Positions 1-13,160 of a stretch of DNA of 64,000 nt are shown here, piece by piece. How positions within the stretch are numbered: position 1 is the first letter of the stretch; every line of letters begins with the position of its first letter. This stretch comes from Octopus sinensis. Its lineage: Eukaryota. The notes beneath the pieces were generated by a model. The model was not told the DNA's origin. It searched no databases and saw only the letters and a list, made by a program, of their open reading frames with translations. Location of the stretch: assembly GCF_006345805.1 (NCBI RefSeq), contig NC_043001.1, forward strand, positions 114,824,001 to 114,888,000, in the 5' to 3' direction. The position numbers and the translations under genes are program-made.

Positions 1-111
1 TAAGACGAATCCATTCGTGGGATTCAAAGCGTGTTGAATCCCAAGAGTGGATCCCTTATCTGCTTAAATGTACACTGCATTTTTATAAAGTCTAATAGAT
101 AGATAGATAGG

Positions 112-149
<38 letters not shown>

Positions 150-402
150 TAATGAATAGGTGGATAGAGGCATAGATACGTATATGTATAGATTTTTCTG
201 CATATCTAAACATACATATCAATTGCTGTTAGCTAACGCACTCCGACTTTCTACATTTATTGTTATAGAGCTATTCCGAAGATATATTAAAATTTTTCCC
301 TTTCTATAATACACACTTATACGCATACCAACAAATAGCCTTAGTTACACACCTATATAATATATAGATATATATTATATATATATATAGATATATATAT
401 AT

Positions 403-434
<32 letters not shown>

Positions 435-522
435 ATACATACATACTTGAGTGTGTGTGTTTCAATGCTTATTATATATTTATATAAATGTGAATGTGTG
501 TATATATACATACATACATATA

Positions 523-575
<53 letters not shown>

Positions 576-974
576 GGTGTGTATGTATGCATATTTACGT
601 ATCTCTATGCATAAATGTGTATAGTGCGTCAGACAGTAAAATTCAAAACGCAGTCGTATTAATTTTATCCAGTATAAATTCATATCTTTCTCTTCTTTAT
701 ATTGAAACCAATATATTTAATATTTACACTACGCCTTCTAAAACTCAATATAATCGATTTATGTAATTTCGAAATTGGTCAGTTATATTTTTTTTATCAT
801 ATTAAATAACTCGAATGATGAATAGCGAAATGAAATTCTAGAAATTGCCTTCAAATTTTCGCGTAAATTAATCTCTTCTTCACAATGTGCATGTTAGAGG
901 ACTATTTTACAGTCTCTTGTTGCTTTCATTAATATCATTACTATTGATATAGATATATATATATATATATATAG

Positions 975-1010
<36 letters not shown>

Positions 1011-1478
1011 TGTGTGTGTGTGTGTGTGTGTGGTGTGTGTGTGTGGTGTGTGTGTGTGTGTTGTGTGTGTGTATGCGTGTATGTGTGTAAGCGTGTGCCT
1101 GTACTTATAAATTCGTTTAGATGTACTTACAGAGGCATACACACAAACAACAACTATACAGTCTATATATATTTACTAACATGCAAATATAATACTTCGT
1201 TTTTGTATCTGGTTTACAAGAATATTTCTGTCTGTGTGTGTGTGTGTATACATACATGCGTACATGTATATATATGTGTGTATATGTGTGTGTGTGTGTG
1301 TGTGCATATATATATTGTAAATTACATATATATGTATATATATATATATGAATATATATGTATATATATATATTATATATATATAACGTATATATTTGCA
1401 TACATGTACTCATGTTTATACAGATACACATACATAGATACATATATATATATACATATATATACACATACATATATG

Positions 1479-1510
<32 letters not shown>

Positions 1511-1954
1511 GATTATTTATATTATTATGTTTGAACGCCATGCATCCATTTCCAAGTAAGTTTATATATGTGTGTGTGGTGTGTGTGTGTGTGCGTGTTT
1601 GCATGCGTACACGCGCGCGTACGTGTCCAAGTTTGTATGAATCTAAGCAACACTATGATGCAATTTTTGAATTATTGGTTCCTATTTCTCACTCTTCTGT
1701 AGTTGTCGCAGATACTGATATTAGCAGCAACAACACCAGCAACAGCAGCGACTATAATACTTGTAATGGTAATAAATGTTAATAAAAATGAATACGGATT
1801 ATAAAATGATGCTGGAGAAGTGATAATAAGAGATTGTACGAAATAAAGATTGTTGATTGGAAGGGAAATAGCCAACAGCCTAATCGGGATTTGTTTAAAA
1901 CACCAATATGATATATATACATATATATATATAATATATATATAATATATATAT

Positions 1955-2167
1955 CGCCATGTTGATTCGTTAGCTACTGCACGCATTTTTTTTCTCTCCT
2001 TCTTTCTGTGTTTTTCTCTCTCTGTGTATCTTTCTGTTGAAGAGCGTAGGCTCGAAACGTTAAAGACTTGTTTTATTTATATTTCCTGAGCGCCATACTA
2101 ATACAATTGTTCGTTTGTTTTCCACCTGCCTTCGTCTTTTGTTTATTTTCATTAAAGCTTCCCGTTA
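1955..2167 (+). mobile_element. Short (TA)n-flanked repeat (family E) carrying a minimal hammerhead-like motif; probable Penelope-like derivative
   Basis: Copies at 3421-3633 (+), 54845-54975 (-) and a 3' part at about 22255-22335. Flanked by (TA)n on both sides. Confidence 0.7.
2029..2066 (+). ncRNA. Minimal type I hammerhead-like motif, variant core CUGUUGA (family E)
   Basis: UCUUU-CUGUUGA-A-GAGC(GUAG)GCUC-GAAA-CGU-U-AAAGA. Stem I is 5 bp, stem II is 4 bp, stem III is the palindrome ACGU, and A6 of the core is replaced by U. Duplicate at 3495-3532. Confidence 0.5.
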
Positions 2168-2191
2168 TATATATATATATATATATATATA

Positions 2192-2452
2192 AGTAGTTGA
2201 ATGAATTATCTTAGTATGGATAATTCGGTTAACCGATACCTGGGTAGCAAATTATCGCTATGGGCTCCGTGTGGGCAGTCATCTAAGAGTTTTTGTTCAT
2301 CTTGATGCTGCCATAAGTTCCTTGTTTTTCCTGATGAGAAGTCGGCATAATGCACCCCTTATTCCTTCGAAATTAGGAATATGCAGCCTTCGAAACATAT
2401 GTCGAGAATAAAGGAATTTTGTTAAATCGTCGTTCAACTCCATTCTTTCATT
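2192..2452 (+). mobile_element. Penelope-like terminal-repeat fragment (family A) containing a hammerhead
   Basis: Homologous to 3655-3895 (+), 15648-15795 (-), 26768-26985 (-) and 27375-27592 (+). Ends at ctccattctttcat followed by (TA)n. Confidence 0.7.
2318..2416 (+). ncRNA. Type I hammerhead ribozyme, family A
   Basis: Stem I is UUCCUU-GU-UUUUC / GAGAA-UA-AAGGAA. CUGAUGA lies at 2331-2337. Stem II is GAAG/CUUC closing a long hairpin (UAUUCCU/AGGAAUA). GAAA-C-AUAU-GUC gives predicted cleavage after C2403. Confidence 0.82.
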
Positions 2453-2510
2453 TATATATATATATATATACTTATATATATATATATATATATATGTGTG
2501 TTGTGTGTGT

Positions 2511-2546
<36 letters not shown>

Positions 2547-2816
2547 CGTGTATGTGTGTAAGCGTGTGCCTGTACTTATAAATTCGTTTAGATGTACTTA
2601 CAGAGGCATACACACAAACAACAACTATACAGTCTATATATATTTACTAACATGCAAATATAAATACTTCGTTTTTGTATCTGGTTTACAAGAATATTTC
2701 TGTCTGTGTGTGTGTGTGTATACATACATGCGTACATGTATATATATGTGTGTATATGTGTGTGTGTGTGTGCATATATATTGTAAATTACATATATATG
2801 TATATATATATATGAA

Positions 2817-2847
<31 letters not shown>

Positions 2848-2937
2848 ACGTATATATTGCATACATGTACTCATGTTTATACAGATACACATACATAGAT
2901 ACATATATATATACATATATATACACATACATATATG

Positions 2938-2968
<31 letters not shown>

Positions 2969-3021
2969 TAGATTATTTATATTATTATGTTTGAACGCCA
3001 TGCATCCATTCCAAGTAAGTT

Positions 3022-3063
<42 letters not shown>

Positions 3064-3374
3064 TGCATGCGTACACGCGCGCGTACGTGTCCAAGTTTGT
3101 ATGAATCTAAGCAACACTATGATGGCAATTTTTGAATTATTGGTTCCTATTTCTCACTCTTCTGTAGTTGTCGCAGATACTGATATTAGCAGCAACAACA
3201 CCAGCAACAGCAGCGACTATAATACTTGTAATGGTAATAAATGTTAATAAAAATGAATACGGATTATAAAATGATGCTGGAGAAGTGATAATAAGAGATT
3301 GTACGAATAAAGATTGTTGATTGGAAGGGAAATAGCCAACAGCCTAATCGGGATTTGTTTAAAACACCAATATG

Positions 3375-3422
<48 letters not shown>

Positions 3423-3781
3423 CCATGTTGATTCGTTAGCTACTGCACGCATTTTTTTTCTCTCCTTCTTTCTGTGTTTTTCTCTCTCTGTGTATCTTTC
3501 TGTTGAAGAGCGTAGGCTCGAAACGTTAAAGACTTGTTTTATTTATATTTCCTGAGCGCCATACTAATACAATTGTTCGTTTGTTTTCCACCTGCCTTCG
3601 TCTTTTGTTTATTTTCATTAAAGCTTCCCGTTATATATATATATATATATATATAAGTAGTTGAATGAATTATCTTAGTATGGATAATTCGGTTAACCGA
3701 TACCTGGGTAGCAAATTATCGCTATGGGCTCCGTGTGGGCAGTCATCTAAGAGTTTTTGTTCATCTTGATGCTGACATAAG

Positions 3782-3859
3782 TTCCTTGTTTTTCCTGATG
3801 AGAATTCCTTCGAAATTAGGAATATGCAGCCTTCGAAACATATGTCGAGAATAAAGGAA
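3782..3859 (+). ncRNA. Type I hammerhead ribozyme, family A (duplicate with shortened stem II)
   Basis: CUGAUGA 3795-3801, GAAA 3835-3838, GUC 3844-3846. The deletion leaves stem II as GAA/UUC. Confidence 0.7.
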
Positions 3860-3915
3860 TTTTGTTAAATCGTCGTTCAACTCCATTCTTTCATTTATAT
3901 ATATATATATATACT

Positions 3916-3988
<73 letters not shown>

Positions 3989-4521
3989 ATGTATGTATCT
4001 ATGCATATATATATATACGCGAACAGACATACATATGTACAAATATATATATATTATATATATATAATATATATATATGTGTGTGCGTGTGTGTGTGTGT
4101 GTATTAGTTTAGTTATGTTTTTATCGTTGGTGTTGATTCTACCTTGGAATGGTGTACTCTACGTTTGAAAATGCTCTACTCCGCCTCGATAGAACGATAG
4201 ACGGAACAGGCAGGCTGTATCGATAACATTATTTTCGTAGGTGTAATTCAAAATGTTCAACAGTTTTATTAAAAATACATCCTACCGAATTCAGCGCTTT
4301 TATTGCTGGTTTTATAATTCTTTAACTCTTAACTATTAATTCTTTCATAGTATAGAAGTGTGGTTGCGCATGCGCGCTTGTGCTGTGCGGGTGTTTGTTT
4401 CTGGGTGTTCTTATACTTTTATATTTGCCGGTATGACAGTGTATAAATGTATGCAAGAATGTATATATTTATGTATGTATGTATGTATGAATATAGGAAT
4501 GTATGTATGCATGTATGTATG

Positions 4522-4552
<31 letters not shown>

Positions 4553-4665
4553 GTGGGTGTGTATCATCCGTGTTTTATATTCTGGTTTTTCCCTTTCGTA
4601 ATTTTACTCGCAGTTATTAATGGTCAGGTTTGTTACGATGGAATGCTTAGTAGTAGTAGCAGTAA

Positions 4666-4710
<45 letters not shown>

Positions 4711-4764
4711 CAGTAGTAGTAGTAGCAGCAGCATAACCCTCATCTGCCTCCTCCTCCTCCTCAT

Positions 4765-4795
<31 letters not shown>

Positions 4796-4825
4796 AGCAG
4801 TAGTAGCAGCAGCAGCAGCAGTAGT

Positions 4826-4860
<35 letters not shown>

Positions 4861-4873
4861 TAGTTGTAGTAAA

Positions 4874-5107
4874 GGCGGTGAGTTGGCAGAAACGTTAGCA
4901 CGCCGGCCGAAATGCGTGGCCGTATTTCGTCTGCCGTTACGTCCTGAGTTCAAATTCCGCCGAGGTCGACTTTGCCTTTCATCCTTTCGGGGTCGATAAA
5001 TTAAGTACCAGTTACGCACTGGGGTCGATGTAATCGATTTAATCCGTTTGTCTGTCCTTGTTTGTCCCCTCTGTGTTTTGCCCCTTGTGGGTAGTAAAGA
5101 AATAAGT
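4874..5107 (+). mobile_element. tRNA-derived SINE (family ggcggcgagctggcagaaacgttagcac)
   Basis: Box-B-like gagttcaaattcc, body gtcgactttgcctttcatcctttcggggtcgataaa, tail aaagaaataag. Many copies in the window. Confidence 0.88.
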
Positions 5108-5828
5108 AGTAGTTGTAGTAGTATCAGCAGCAGCAGCAGAATGAGTTGTTACATAGAAAATTAAAGTTTCAACCATTCACCCCTACGATACGTTCATCTC
5201 ATCCACCTTTCAAAAAATCTGTTGGAAAGCTGCAAACTGCCTTTCTTCAATCTCATATTTATTTTCATGTTTCACTTGACAAAACTATTATAAGGTTGCC
5301 ATAAAAAAAAAAAAACGACTCCTTCTTTCTCCTCAGACTCCGAAATTTTGATGACCATATTTGTTCTTTTTGGTATTGTCATTAGATTTATGAAAACATT
5401 CCCAACTTGTTTGCCAAAGGAAAACAACGGTGCGGTTTTCACAGCTGTATCAGGAACGGGTGTTCGGGTTGTCTTCATATGTCTGTGATGTGTTGACATT
5501 AAGCGAATTTACGTGTGACGGTTTACATAAGTCCGTGTATTTCGACAGTGTCCGGCTGACAGCATTCTTCTGTTAATAGAGATATAGCTGTCATGAAGAA
5601 CGCTAGTCAGAAAAAAATATATGTATTACAATTTATATGTATTTAATTATATATTAATGTTTGAATGCATCATGGCTTACAATTGTGAGATTGTGTAGTA
5701 ATTTGTGACGATGGAATGTTTAGTAGTAGTAGTAGTAGTAGCACAAATATATATGCATAAACTTACTTGGAAATGGATGCGTGGCGTTCAAACATATAAT
5801 AATATAAATAATATATATATATATTTGC

Positions 5829-5861
<33 letters not shown>

Positions 5862-5908
5862 TGTATGTATGTATGTATGTATGTATGTATGTATGTATGT
5901 ATGTATGT

Positions 5909-6267
5909 GGGGAAGCACTTCGTCGGTTACGACGATGAGGGTTCCGGTTGATCCGAATCAACGGAACAGCCTGCTCGTGAAATTAACGGGTAAGTGGTTG
6001 AGCACTCCACAGACACGTGCACCCTTAACGTAGTTCTCAGGGATATTCAGCGTGACACAGAGAGTGACAAGGCCGGCCCCTTGAAATACAGGTACAGCAG
6101 AAACAGAGTGAGAGAAAGTTGAGGCGAAAGAGTACAACAGGGGTCGCCACCCACCCACCCCTGCCGGAGCCTCGTGGAGCTTTAGTTGTTTTCGCTCAAT
6201 AAACACACACAACGCCCGGTCTGGGAGTCGAAACCGCGATCCTCCGACCTAACCATTGCGCCTCCAC
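5909..6267 (-). mobile_element. tRNA-derived SINE (head ggaggcgcaatgg...), 3' tail type 1 ending in (ACAT)n
   Basis: Head and body match 21921-22205 and 24215-24515; the tail is different. Confidence 0.82.
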
Positions 6268-7035
6268 CATGTATGTATGTATGTATGTATGTATGTATGT
6301 ATGTATGTATGTATGTATGTATGTATGTATGTATATATATTTATGTTTACATAAATTTTCCCCACCCACCTTAAGAAACGCTTTACCTTCGAATCTAACC
6401 TCACCTTTATTCCTTCTTACTCACAATACGTTACTCTTCACTAACAACAGTATTTTTGTGTTTCGTTGATGATTTCTACATAACCGCCCTTCTGTCTGTT
6501 CGCATTAATTTAAGCTGCCATCTCATCATACTTAACTTTCTCTTTTAGCGGTTGTATGACGTATGTCCCTATATTTCTATCTTCACGCTTGTTTGATCCT
6601 TCTTCGTTCCCGGTGTATTCTTATTTCTTGAAATCCTGCACCACCCCTCTTCCTTCGTCAAACATATTTGCCTAATTCCAGTGAGCTTACTTTTATAATT
6701 ATGTTAATGAGAGAGGATATAATACATCGTAGAACATTTTTGTACTTGTCTGATTAGGTGTAAACCATCGAGACAAGTTCGTAGCCGTCATCTTGACAGA
6801 TAAAAAAAAAAGACCACATTTTTTTGCCCGAAGCATAAAACTCAATTTTCTCTGAAATTAATTCACAATTTCTTGAAGAAATTATCTCTTCCATTGTTGT
6901 AGAATTGCAAACCATTACTGGCAAAGTTTTTTTTTTTATATCTTTCACTATTTCTGAAGTACATTTCTAGTCATTAAAACAGTTCTTGTGCCATGAAACA
7001 CATAACTGACTACTTGCACTTTATAATATATGAAG

Positions 7036-7107
<72 letters not shown>

Positions 7108-7479
7108 CCTCTCCTTCTTTCTCTTTCTCTCCCTCTCTATCTCTCTCCCTCTGCTTCTTTCTCTCTATTAACGGTTCTGAATATTCTTCATATTCTTATT
7201 ACGCTGGTGTGGTTCAGTTGGCGATCACTTGGTTCCAGCTGTTTCTTGTCTACAGCAAAGATCAGGCGGACTTTTTCAGAAAGCAGAAAGAATGCGTTTG
7301 TTAACATATGATTATAATATGATTATAATATGATTATAATATGTTGATGAGCAAGCCTTTCGTAATTAATTTAGTTACTTTCGTTGAGTAGGAACTGGAT
7401 ATATTCTACGAGTAAAAGCGGAAGTGAGCGAAATATTTCAGATATGATGTAATCTGTTTCACAGTTTTTGTACAACTTG

Positions 7480-7605
7480 ACTAAAACAAAACTTGACTTA
7501 AACAGGATTCGAATAATCCTATCAGGTGGTGTTATTAAGTTAGACATGGCCTGGACCAATCTTTGGTCGAAACATATCTAAATTTATCTAAGTTTATCTA
7601 ATCCT
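7480..7605 (+). mobile_element. 3' UTR and tail of a CR1-like LINE
   Basis: Matches the reverse complement of 25880-25995, which lies directly downstream of a CR1-like C-terminal coding fragment. Ends in (ATCTAAGTTT)-type repeats. Confidence 0.72.
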
Positions 7606-9299
7606 ACGTGGATTATTTATTTACCCTAAAGAGAATGTATAGTTACCGTAATGTAACTATGGCAATGTTGACTTTGTTAAGGTAATAAAGTGATTACCGT
7701 GCTGGATTTTGAGAAGTAAGGTATGCAGTGACTTTGTGTTGTTAGAAATATTTTCGTGTTGTTGATGGTGAGTCAGAAAGTAGTGGAATGTTTTTGTCAT
7801 CGTTTGTGTAGTACTTGCTTTTTGGCGCTGTTGAAGTAGCTCGGTCACTTAATGCATTCAGTCTGTGACCATTCAGAGTTTTACCATTTTCCCATGTGTA
7901 GTTTACATTGGGCAACGATATTTATTATACACTTTGTGTTAATACAGCTGGATTAAATTCAAGTAGAGTTTCGACACTATAGCAAGCTAGGATTCCTTAA
8001 AGCAAAAAAAAAAGTTTTAGATCCAGAGTTCCCAGGCCTCCTTGTTGCCGGTATCCAGAGAAAACATCTGATAGACAAAGAAAGTAGGTTCTACGTAGCA
8101 ATGCCCTCCACTCTTCAGAAAGGTGTTTGAATACGGTGTGCAACATTGACAGAATAGATGGGTATAACATCCAGAATGAAAGGTTTGTTTCTCGGAAATG
8201 TACAAAACGAGGTGCCCGTATCTAGGGGGAGGAGTGCGGGGTGTGATGTGAACTTTTGCATTTTATAAGGAGACGAGGAATAAAGTGAAGTTAGAACAGA
8301 AGTCTACGGATATCGAAGAAAACAGAAATTATGTCTGACCTCACGTTCTTCGGTGTCTACGTGACGGAGACTTTTTTCTGTGTACATTCGATTGCGTACA
8401 TGTTACTGTGTGTCACCAGCTGATTCTACAAGTTTCACTATGTAAAAGATGAATATTTTATTGAGATTTTGTAATATTATTTTTTAATATAGGAGCTGTC
8501 ATTTTACTATGTTATATTCTTTATTGACCTGTCAGTTCATAATCGCACCAATTATTTTCCAATAAATTAGATATAAATATCTAGTTCTGATTGTGTATGT
8601 ATTGTGTCGTTAAAATTGGAGTTTTATTCGGTTATCCACTTGAATTCAGCAGTGCACAAATGTAATCTATATTATTATTAAATATGTTTTCTGACTTTCT
8701 ATGTCTATCGGTCTATTTATGTAACTGACGCAAGCATTTTATAACTTAACACATAACATAAGCTAAATTTACATGGACATTTATATACAGAAAAATAGCG
8801 CTTGTGCCACACACGCACACACACACACATACACACACACTCACACACACATACACACACGCATACACACATACAGATTGGCTCATGTGTGCAGTACTGA
8901 ACATAATATTGAAAGTTAAGCAACTAGATATGATTCGTGTCTCATTGTTTAATACAAATTCGACCATGATAGTGTGGTAGAGATACTAGATAGAATTACC
9001 AGATCAGTTGTACTAGATAACAATATACATGTAACTATTCAGTGCATTCAGATATGCGCTGGGTTTATTACGGATTATTTGTGGTGGAATTAGGATATGT
9101 TACGTTGTTTCATTCGCGTGTGTCAGTGACAAGGGCGAGATCTGTTATTTAAAGACACAACATGCTGTTGTAAAGACTAACAGCCATATAATTGAAGTAT
9201 GATAAATATAGCATGCATCTATGCTATTTACAAGCAATGATTTCAAAGTCAACAAAGATTACTTTCTTTAGGGTATGTGTACACAGATTTCTCTATTGA

Positions 9300-9750
9300 C
9301 CTGAAATGTCAACTATGAACAAGCCGATTCATATTTGTTTTGGTGATACATTCACCAATCTTCTCATAGAGACTCAAAAACATCTCATGGCATGATCACA
9401 AGATCAAAGTGGACACAATTCATCAATCAGTACTAATGTTACTCAAAGTCTACTGCTAATGATGAATAGAGATGAGGAAAAATTAATGAGGAATAGAGAT
9501 GAGGAGAAAGTAATGAGGAATAGAGATTTCTTGCGCGATGCGGTTAAAAACAACAGGGTTGCAGCTGGATGATACGCTGTCTGTCTCTTGCAATGATAAC
9601 AAAATATCTACATTCGTATCTAAATCGTTATTTAAATTCATCTCAGGTGTGCATTCTTTGCCGGTCTTTCATGCAAGAAATGCTACTGCTCACGAAGTGC
9701 TTTTGAAAGACTTGAATAAATACACACCTGAAGGCGGTAGATTTTAATGA
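9300..9750 (+). pseudogene. Possible decayed hAT (Charlie/Buster-like) transposase fragment
   Basis: GLQLDDTLSVSCNDNKISTFV...RNATAHEVLLKDLNKY resembles the hAT pattern SLQLDESTD...LLxFVR...TTGEDIF. Weak match. Confidence 0.35.
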
Positions 9751-10092
9751 CATTAAACGTGTTGATTAGATGTAGAGGGCAACATCAGAACACACAGGTG
9801 TTCCACATACTCATATGCCATGTATATATGTGCCCTAACGTAAGTCTCAGTAGATTAACTATGACAAAGTGTTACTAGTTTAGCTTCAACTCAAGTTCGT
9901 TGAAGAAGTACGTGTCGATCCAAGAGTGTTGCAGAAAACATTTAACGAATCGGTGCCCCAGCATGGCCGCAGCTCGTGAGCTGAAACTAGAATCAATCAA
10001 TCATAGCATGAAGCAAAGAGAATTTCTTATTCGTTAATACACATGTGTGCGGACATACGCACACACACATATATAGGTATATATATAAAGAT

Positions 10093-10323
10093 ATATGTGA
10101 ATATATATATATATAGATAGATAGATAGGTAGATAGATAGGTGGGTAGGCAGGTAGGTAGGTAGGTAGCTAGGTAGGTAGCTAGCTATCTAGGTAGATAT
10201 GTGAATATATATATATAGATAGATAGATAGGTAGATAGATAGGTGGGTAGGCAGGTAGGTAGGTAGGTAGCTAGGTAGGTAGCTAGCTATCTAGGTAGAT
10301 ATGTGAATATATATATGTATATG

Positions 10324-10375
<52 letters not shown>

Positions 10376-10458
10376 GATAGATAGATACATAGATAGATAG
10401 AAAGATAGATAGGCAGACAACCAGACAGACAGACAGACAGACATACATACAGACGGAC

Positions 10459-10516
<58 letters not shown>

Positions 10517-10574
10517 GTAGGTGGGCAGGTAGATAGATAGACAGACAGACAGGCAGACTGACAGACAGACAGTC

Positions 10575-10663
<89 letters not shown>

Positions 10664-10665
10664 TG
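10093..10665. repeat. Compound (TAGA/TAGG/CAGA)n microsatellite with an internal ~103-bp duplication
   Basis: tatgtgaatatata recurs at about 10093, 10197 and 10300. Confidence 0.85.
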
Positions 10666-11509
10666 GTAGGCATCCGTCGGGCTCGGGCTCGGGAGACCAT
10701 GGATCTGCGCCTGAAGAATTTATGTTGGCTACTGTGACACTGTACAGGACGTAAGGGCGTACAGGTCCACGTGTAGCGACATCATTCAAAGAAGCTCTTC
10801 ACCGGAGCTACTGACTTATCCGATCTTGGAGTGCGCAACAAACGCAAATAGATAAATACGTACAGACAAACTAAATGACATAAAAGCAGACAGACACTTT
10901 TCCATTTAAATCGAAATCACTGAGAAATATTCTTCAGATGCAGAGAACGGACGCAGGGCGAATGAATTAATAAATTAATTACTTAATGAAAGAATGAATG
11001 AACGAATAAATGTATAAATGAATAAATGAATGAACGTGGCATCAAGCCACGTACTTGGTAAAAGACCTAAAAGTACCAATCATAGAAATCAATTTGAGTC
11101 ACAGACGAACGAATGAGATCGTATGCGCAATCACCGGATATTATTTACACTCAGCACTTCCGTCTCTTTATGATAGCAGTTAGCAAATTTACTTGTAATT
11201 TAAACCTAAATGAAAATTGCAGATCTTTGTGTGTTGTTGGTATGTTTGAAATGACTGTTTTTGTCTCTGGAGTGGTTCGCCTTTTCTTAGTCTCAGCTTT
11301 TCCAAGTAGTCAAATCAATTTCCTCTCTCTATTTCTAAGTTTTCATATATATTACTCATTTCAGTTTAATTTCACAAATATGATATACCTAACAACACGC
11401 ATATACAGAGATACGCATACACACACACACATGCACACAAACACGCATACACACGCGCGCGCATGCACATACACGCGGACTTACACATGTGCATTTTTCT
11501 TTCTCGCTC

Positions 11510-11548
<39 letters not shown>

Positions 11549-11569
11549 GTATGTATGCATGTATGTATC

Positions 11570-12211
11570 CTAGCGGATATACCCGGCGTTGTCCGGGTTA
11601 AATAGAATAATGAAATTTAAAAAGGCCGTCTAGATTACGCAGGTCTCAATTGCTAGTAGCTGAGATACCAGCTTTCTACATTAATAACTTTGCAACCCAT
11701 GCCAGCATGGAACATAGACGTTAAGTGAAATGTTAATTGTTAAAAGATTTTCAACTCATATATGTATTTAAAGTAAATACATGTAATTCAAAAACACGTT
11801 TTGTGTAGCTTATTTTGAAACCAAAAAACAACAAGTATATACAAACAATGGAAGGCCGATTTGGTGATTCATTTGACATAGGTAGTAGAGAGCCAATCCG
11901 ATGATAAATTTGATCGTGGATTTTGGCAGTTTGCATACATCTTGGCTCAGTTAAATCTCTTGTGGCTCCAAATGGTTTCATCAGTAGTGCAGTTTTGTAT
12001 TACTCTTTACTCTTTTACTTGTTTCAGTCATTTGACTGCGGCCATGCTGGAGCACCGCCTTTAGTCGAGCAAATCGACCCCGAGACTTATTTTTTGTAAG
12101 CCCAGTACTTATTATATCGGTCTCTTTTGCCGAACCACTAAGTGACGGGGACGTAAACACACACCAGCATCGGTTGTGAAGCAATGCTAGGTGACAAACA
12201 CAGACACACAA

Positions 12212-12256
<45 letters not shown>

Positions 12257-12880
12257 TACGACAGGCTTCTTTCAGTTTCCGTCTACCAAATCCACTCACA
12301 AGGCATTGGTCGGCCCGGGGCTATAGCAGAAGACACTTGCCCAAGATGCCACGCAGTGGGATTGAACCCAGAACCATGTGGTTGGTTAGCAAGCTACGTA
12401 CCACACAGCCACTCCAGTATAATTTTGTTTTGGAAATGCTTGGAATCTTGGTCAGTTGATGACAGCAGTTACTTCAATGGCTCTGGAGGTTGGGGGTTTG
12501 CAGGGAGTTTAACATTTTCATCACTGTAGCACAGTGAAAGTGTCTCTCCAGGCCGCTTCCTTGCATTACTATGAATGCACTTCGTTGTCATTGCACCAAT
12601 CATTGGTGATATCAGCATAATGAACTGCAGGATCATAATTGAAAACTACTTCATAGAAGTTACTTCTCTGGGCTGATGCAACTGTTCTGCAGTGGAGATC
12701 CTATTCCTTGTTAGCCGTGCATGCATCTGTTCATCTGTTTGGGATGCTCTGGATTTTGTAGTGCACAGTATGTTCGTTTCTTGGTATGCTTCCCTTTCTG
12801 CAGCTGCCTGTCTTTCCCTGGACAGAGACATTCTTTTGGCTGACATTGTAGACAAATTTGACACTTTCTTTCTAGGCATG
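11570..12880 (-). mobile_element. Internally deleted Helitron: N-terminal RepHel coding remnant joined to a Helitron 3' end, interrupted by a SINE
   Basis: Coding remnants MPRKKVSNL...ARL, FNYDPAVHY...PPEPLK*LLSSTDQDSKHFQN and MKPFGA...IHDQIYHRIGSLLP follow the Helitron Rep N-terminal pattern. The 3' hairpin CCCGGACAACGCCGGG is followed by CTAG ending at 11570. Confidence 0.8.
12005..12416 (-). mobile_element. tRNA-derived CORE-type SINE with an internal (TA)n(TG)n tract, inserted in the Helitron ORF
   Basis: Head ggagtggctgtgtgg...gggttcaatccc, core cttgggcaagtgtctt, tail gactgaaacaagtaaaagag. Second copy at 29440-29790. Confidence 0.88.
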
Positions 12881-12934
12881 TTTATATAGCATTAATAAAT
12901 TTCTAAACGAGATATAAACAGTAACCGCTCGACA

Positions 12935-13160
12935 ACGTAAAGTGTACTAGCCATCTGAATGTGGCTAGCCACTGGGTGTGGGGTGTTACTGATGTTTTCA
13001 GCCCCAGGAGATCAACGTCACCAGCTGGTCAAATAACACAAGGGCACTGAAATTTTGTGTCTAAGGCCAGCTGGTGATGTTGATCTCCTGGGGCTAAAAG
13101 CATCAGTAACACCCAACACCCAGTGGCTAGCCACATTCAGATGGCTAGTACACTTTACGT
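12935..13160. mobile_element. MITE with ~92-bp terminal inverted repeats
   Basis: acgtaaagtgtactagccatctgaatg...ccagctgg (12935-13026) pairs with ccagctgg...cactttacgt (13068-13160) around a ~40-bp core. The flanks fit either a TA or an ACGT target duplication. Confidence 0.85.

Larger units (their letters stand above)
975..3935. repeat. Near-identical tandem duplication, period about 1471 bp (about 975-2490 and 2495-3935)
   Basis: Unique anchor gcgtgtgcctgtacttataaattcg occurs at 1091 and 2562. The copies differ mainly in microsatellite lengths, single-base indels and one ~22-bp deletion near 3804. Confidence 0.93.

Noticed and set aside
353-4170. Many 60-170 aa ORFs rich in YI, CV, HT, YLSI, poly-S, poly-L or poly-I, here and throughout the window
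   Set aside because: They are translations of di-, tri- and tetranucleotide microsatellites, not genes.
5270-5600. Minus-strand YSCENRTVVFLW...ECFH resembling a piggyBac C-terminal cysteine-rich domain
   Set aside because: Key cysteines are missing and no catalytic domain or TTAA-flanked termini were found.
8100-8125. Isolated CUGANGA matches (8110 minus, 5330, 10712, 11980, 13630, 33170, 33373, 35130, 63582)
   Set aside because: None is followed by stem II plus GAAA and a pairable stem I.
7700-8250. Minus-strand stretch with QQGGLGTLDL, reminiscent of the L1/Tx1 GGLG motif
   Set aside because: A single short motif with no ordered flanking motifs; not enough to call.
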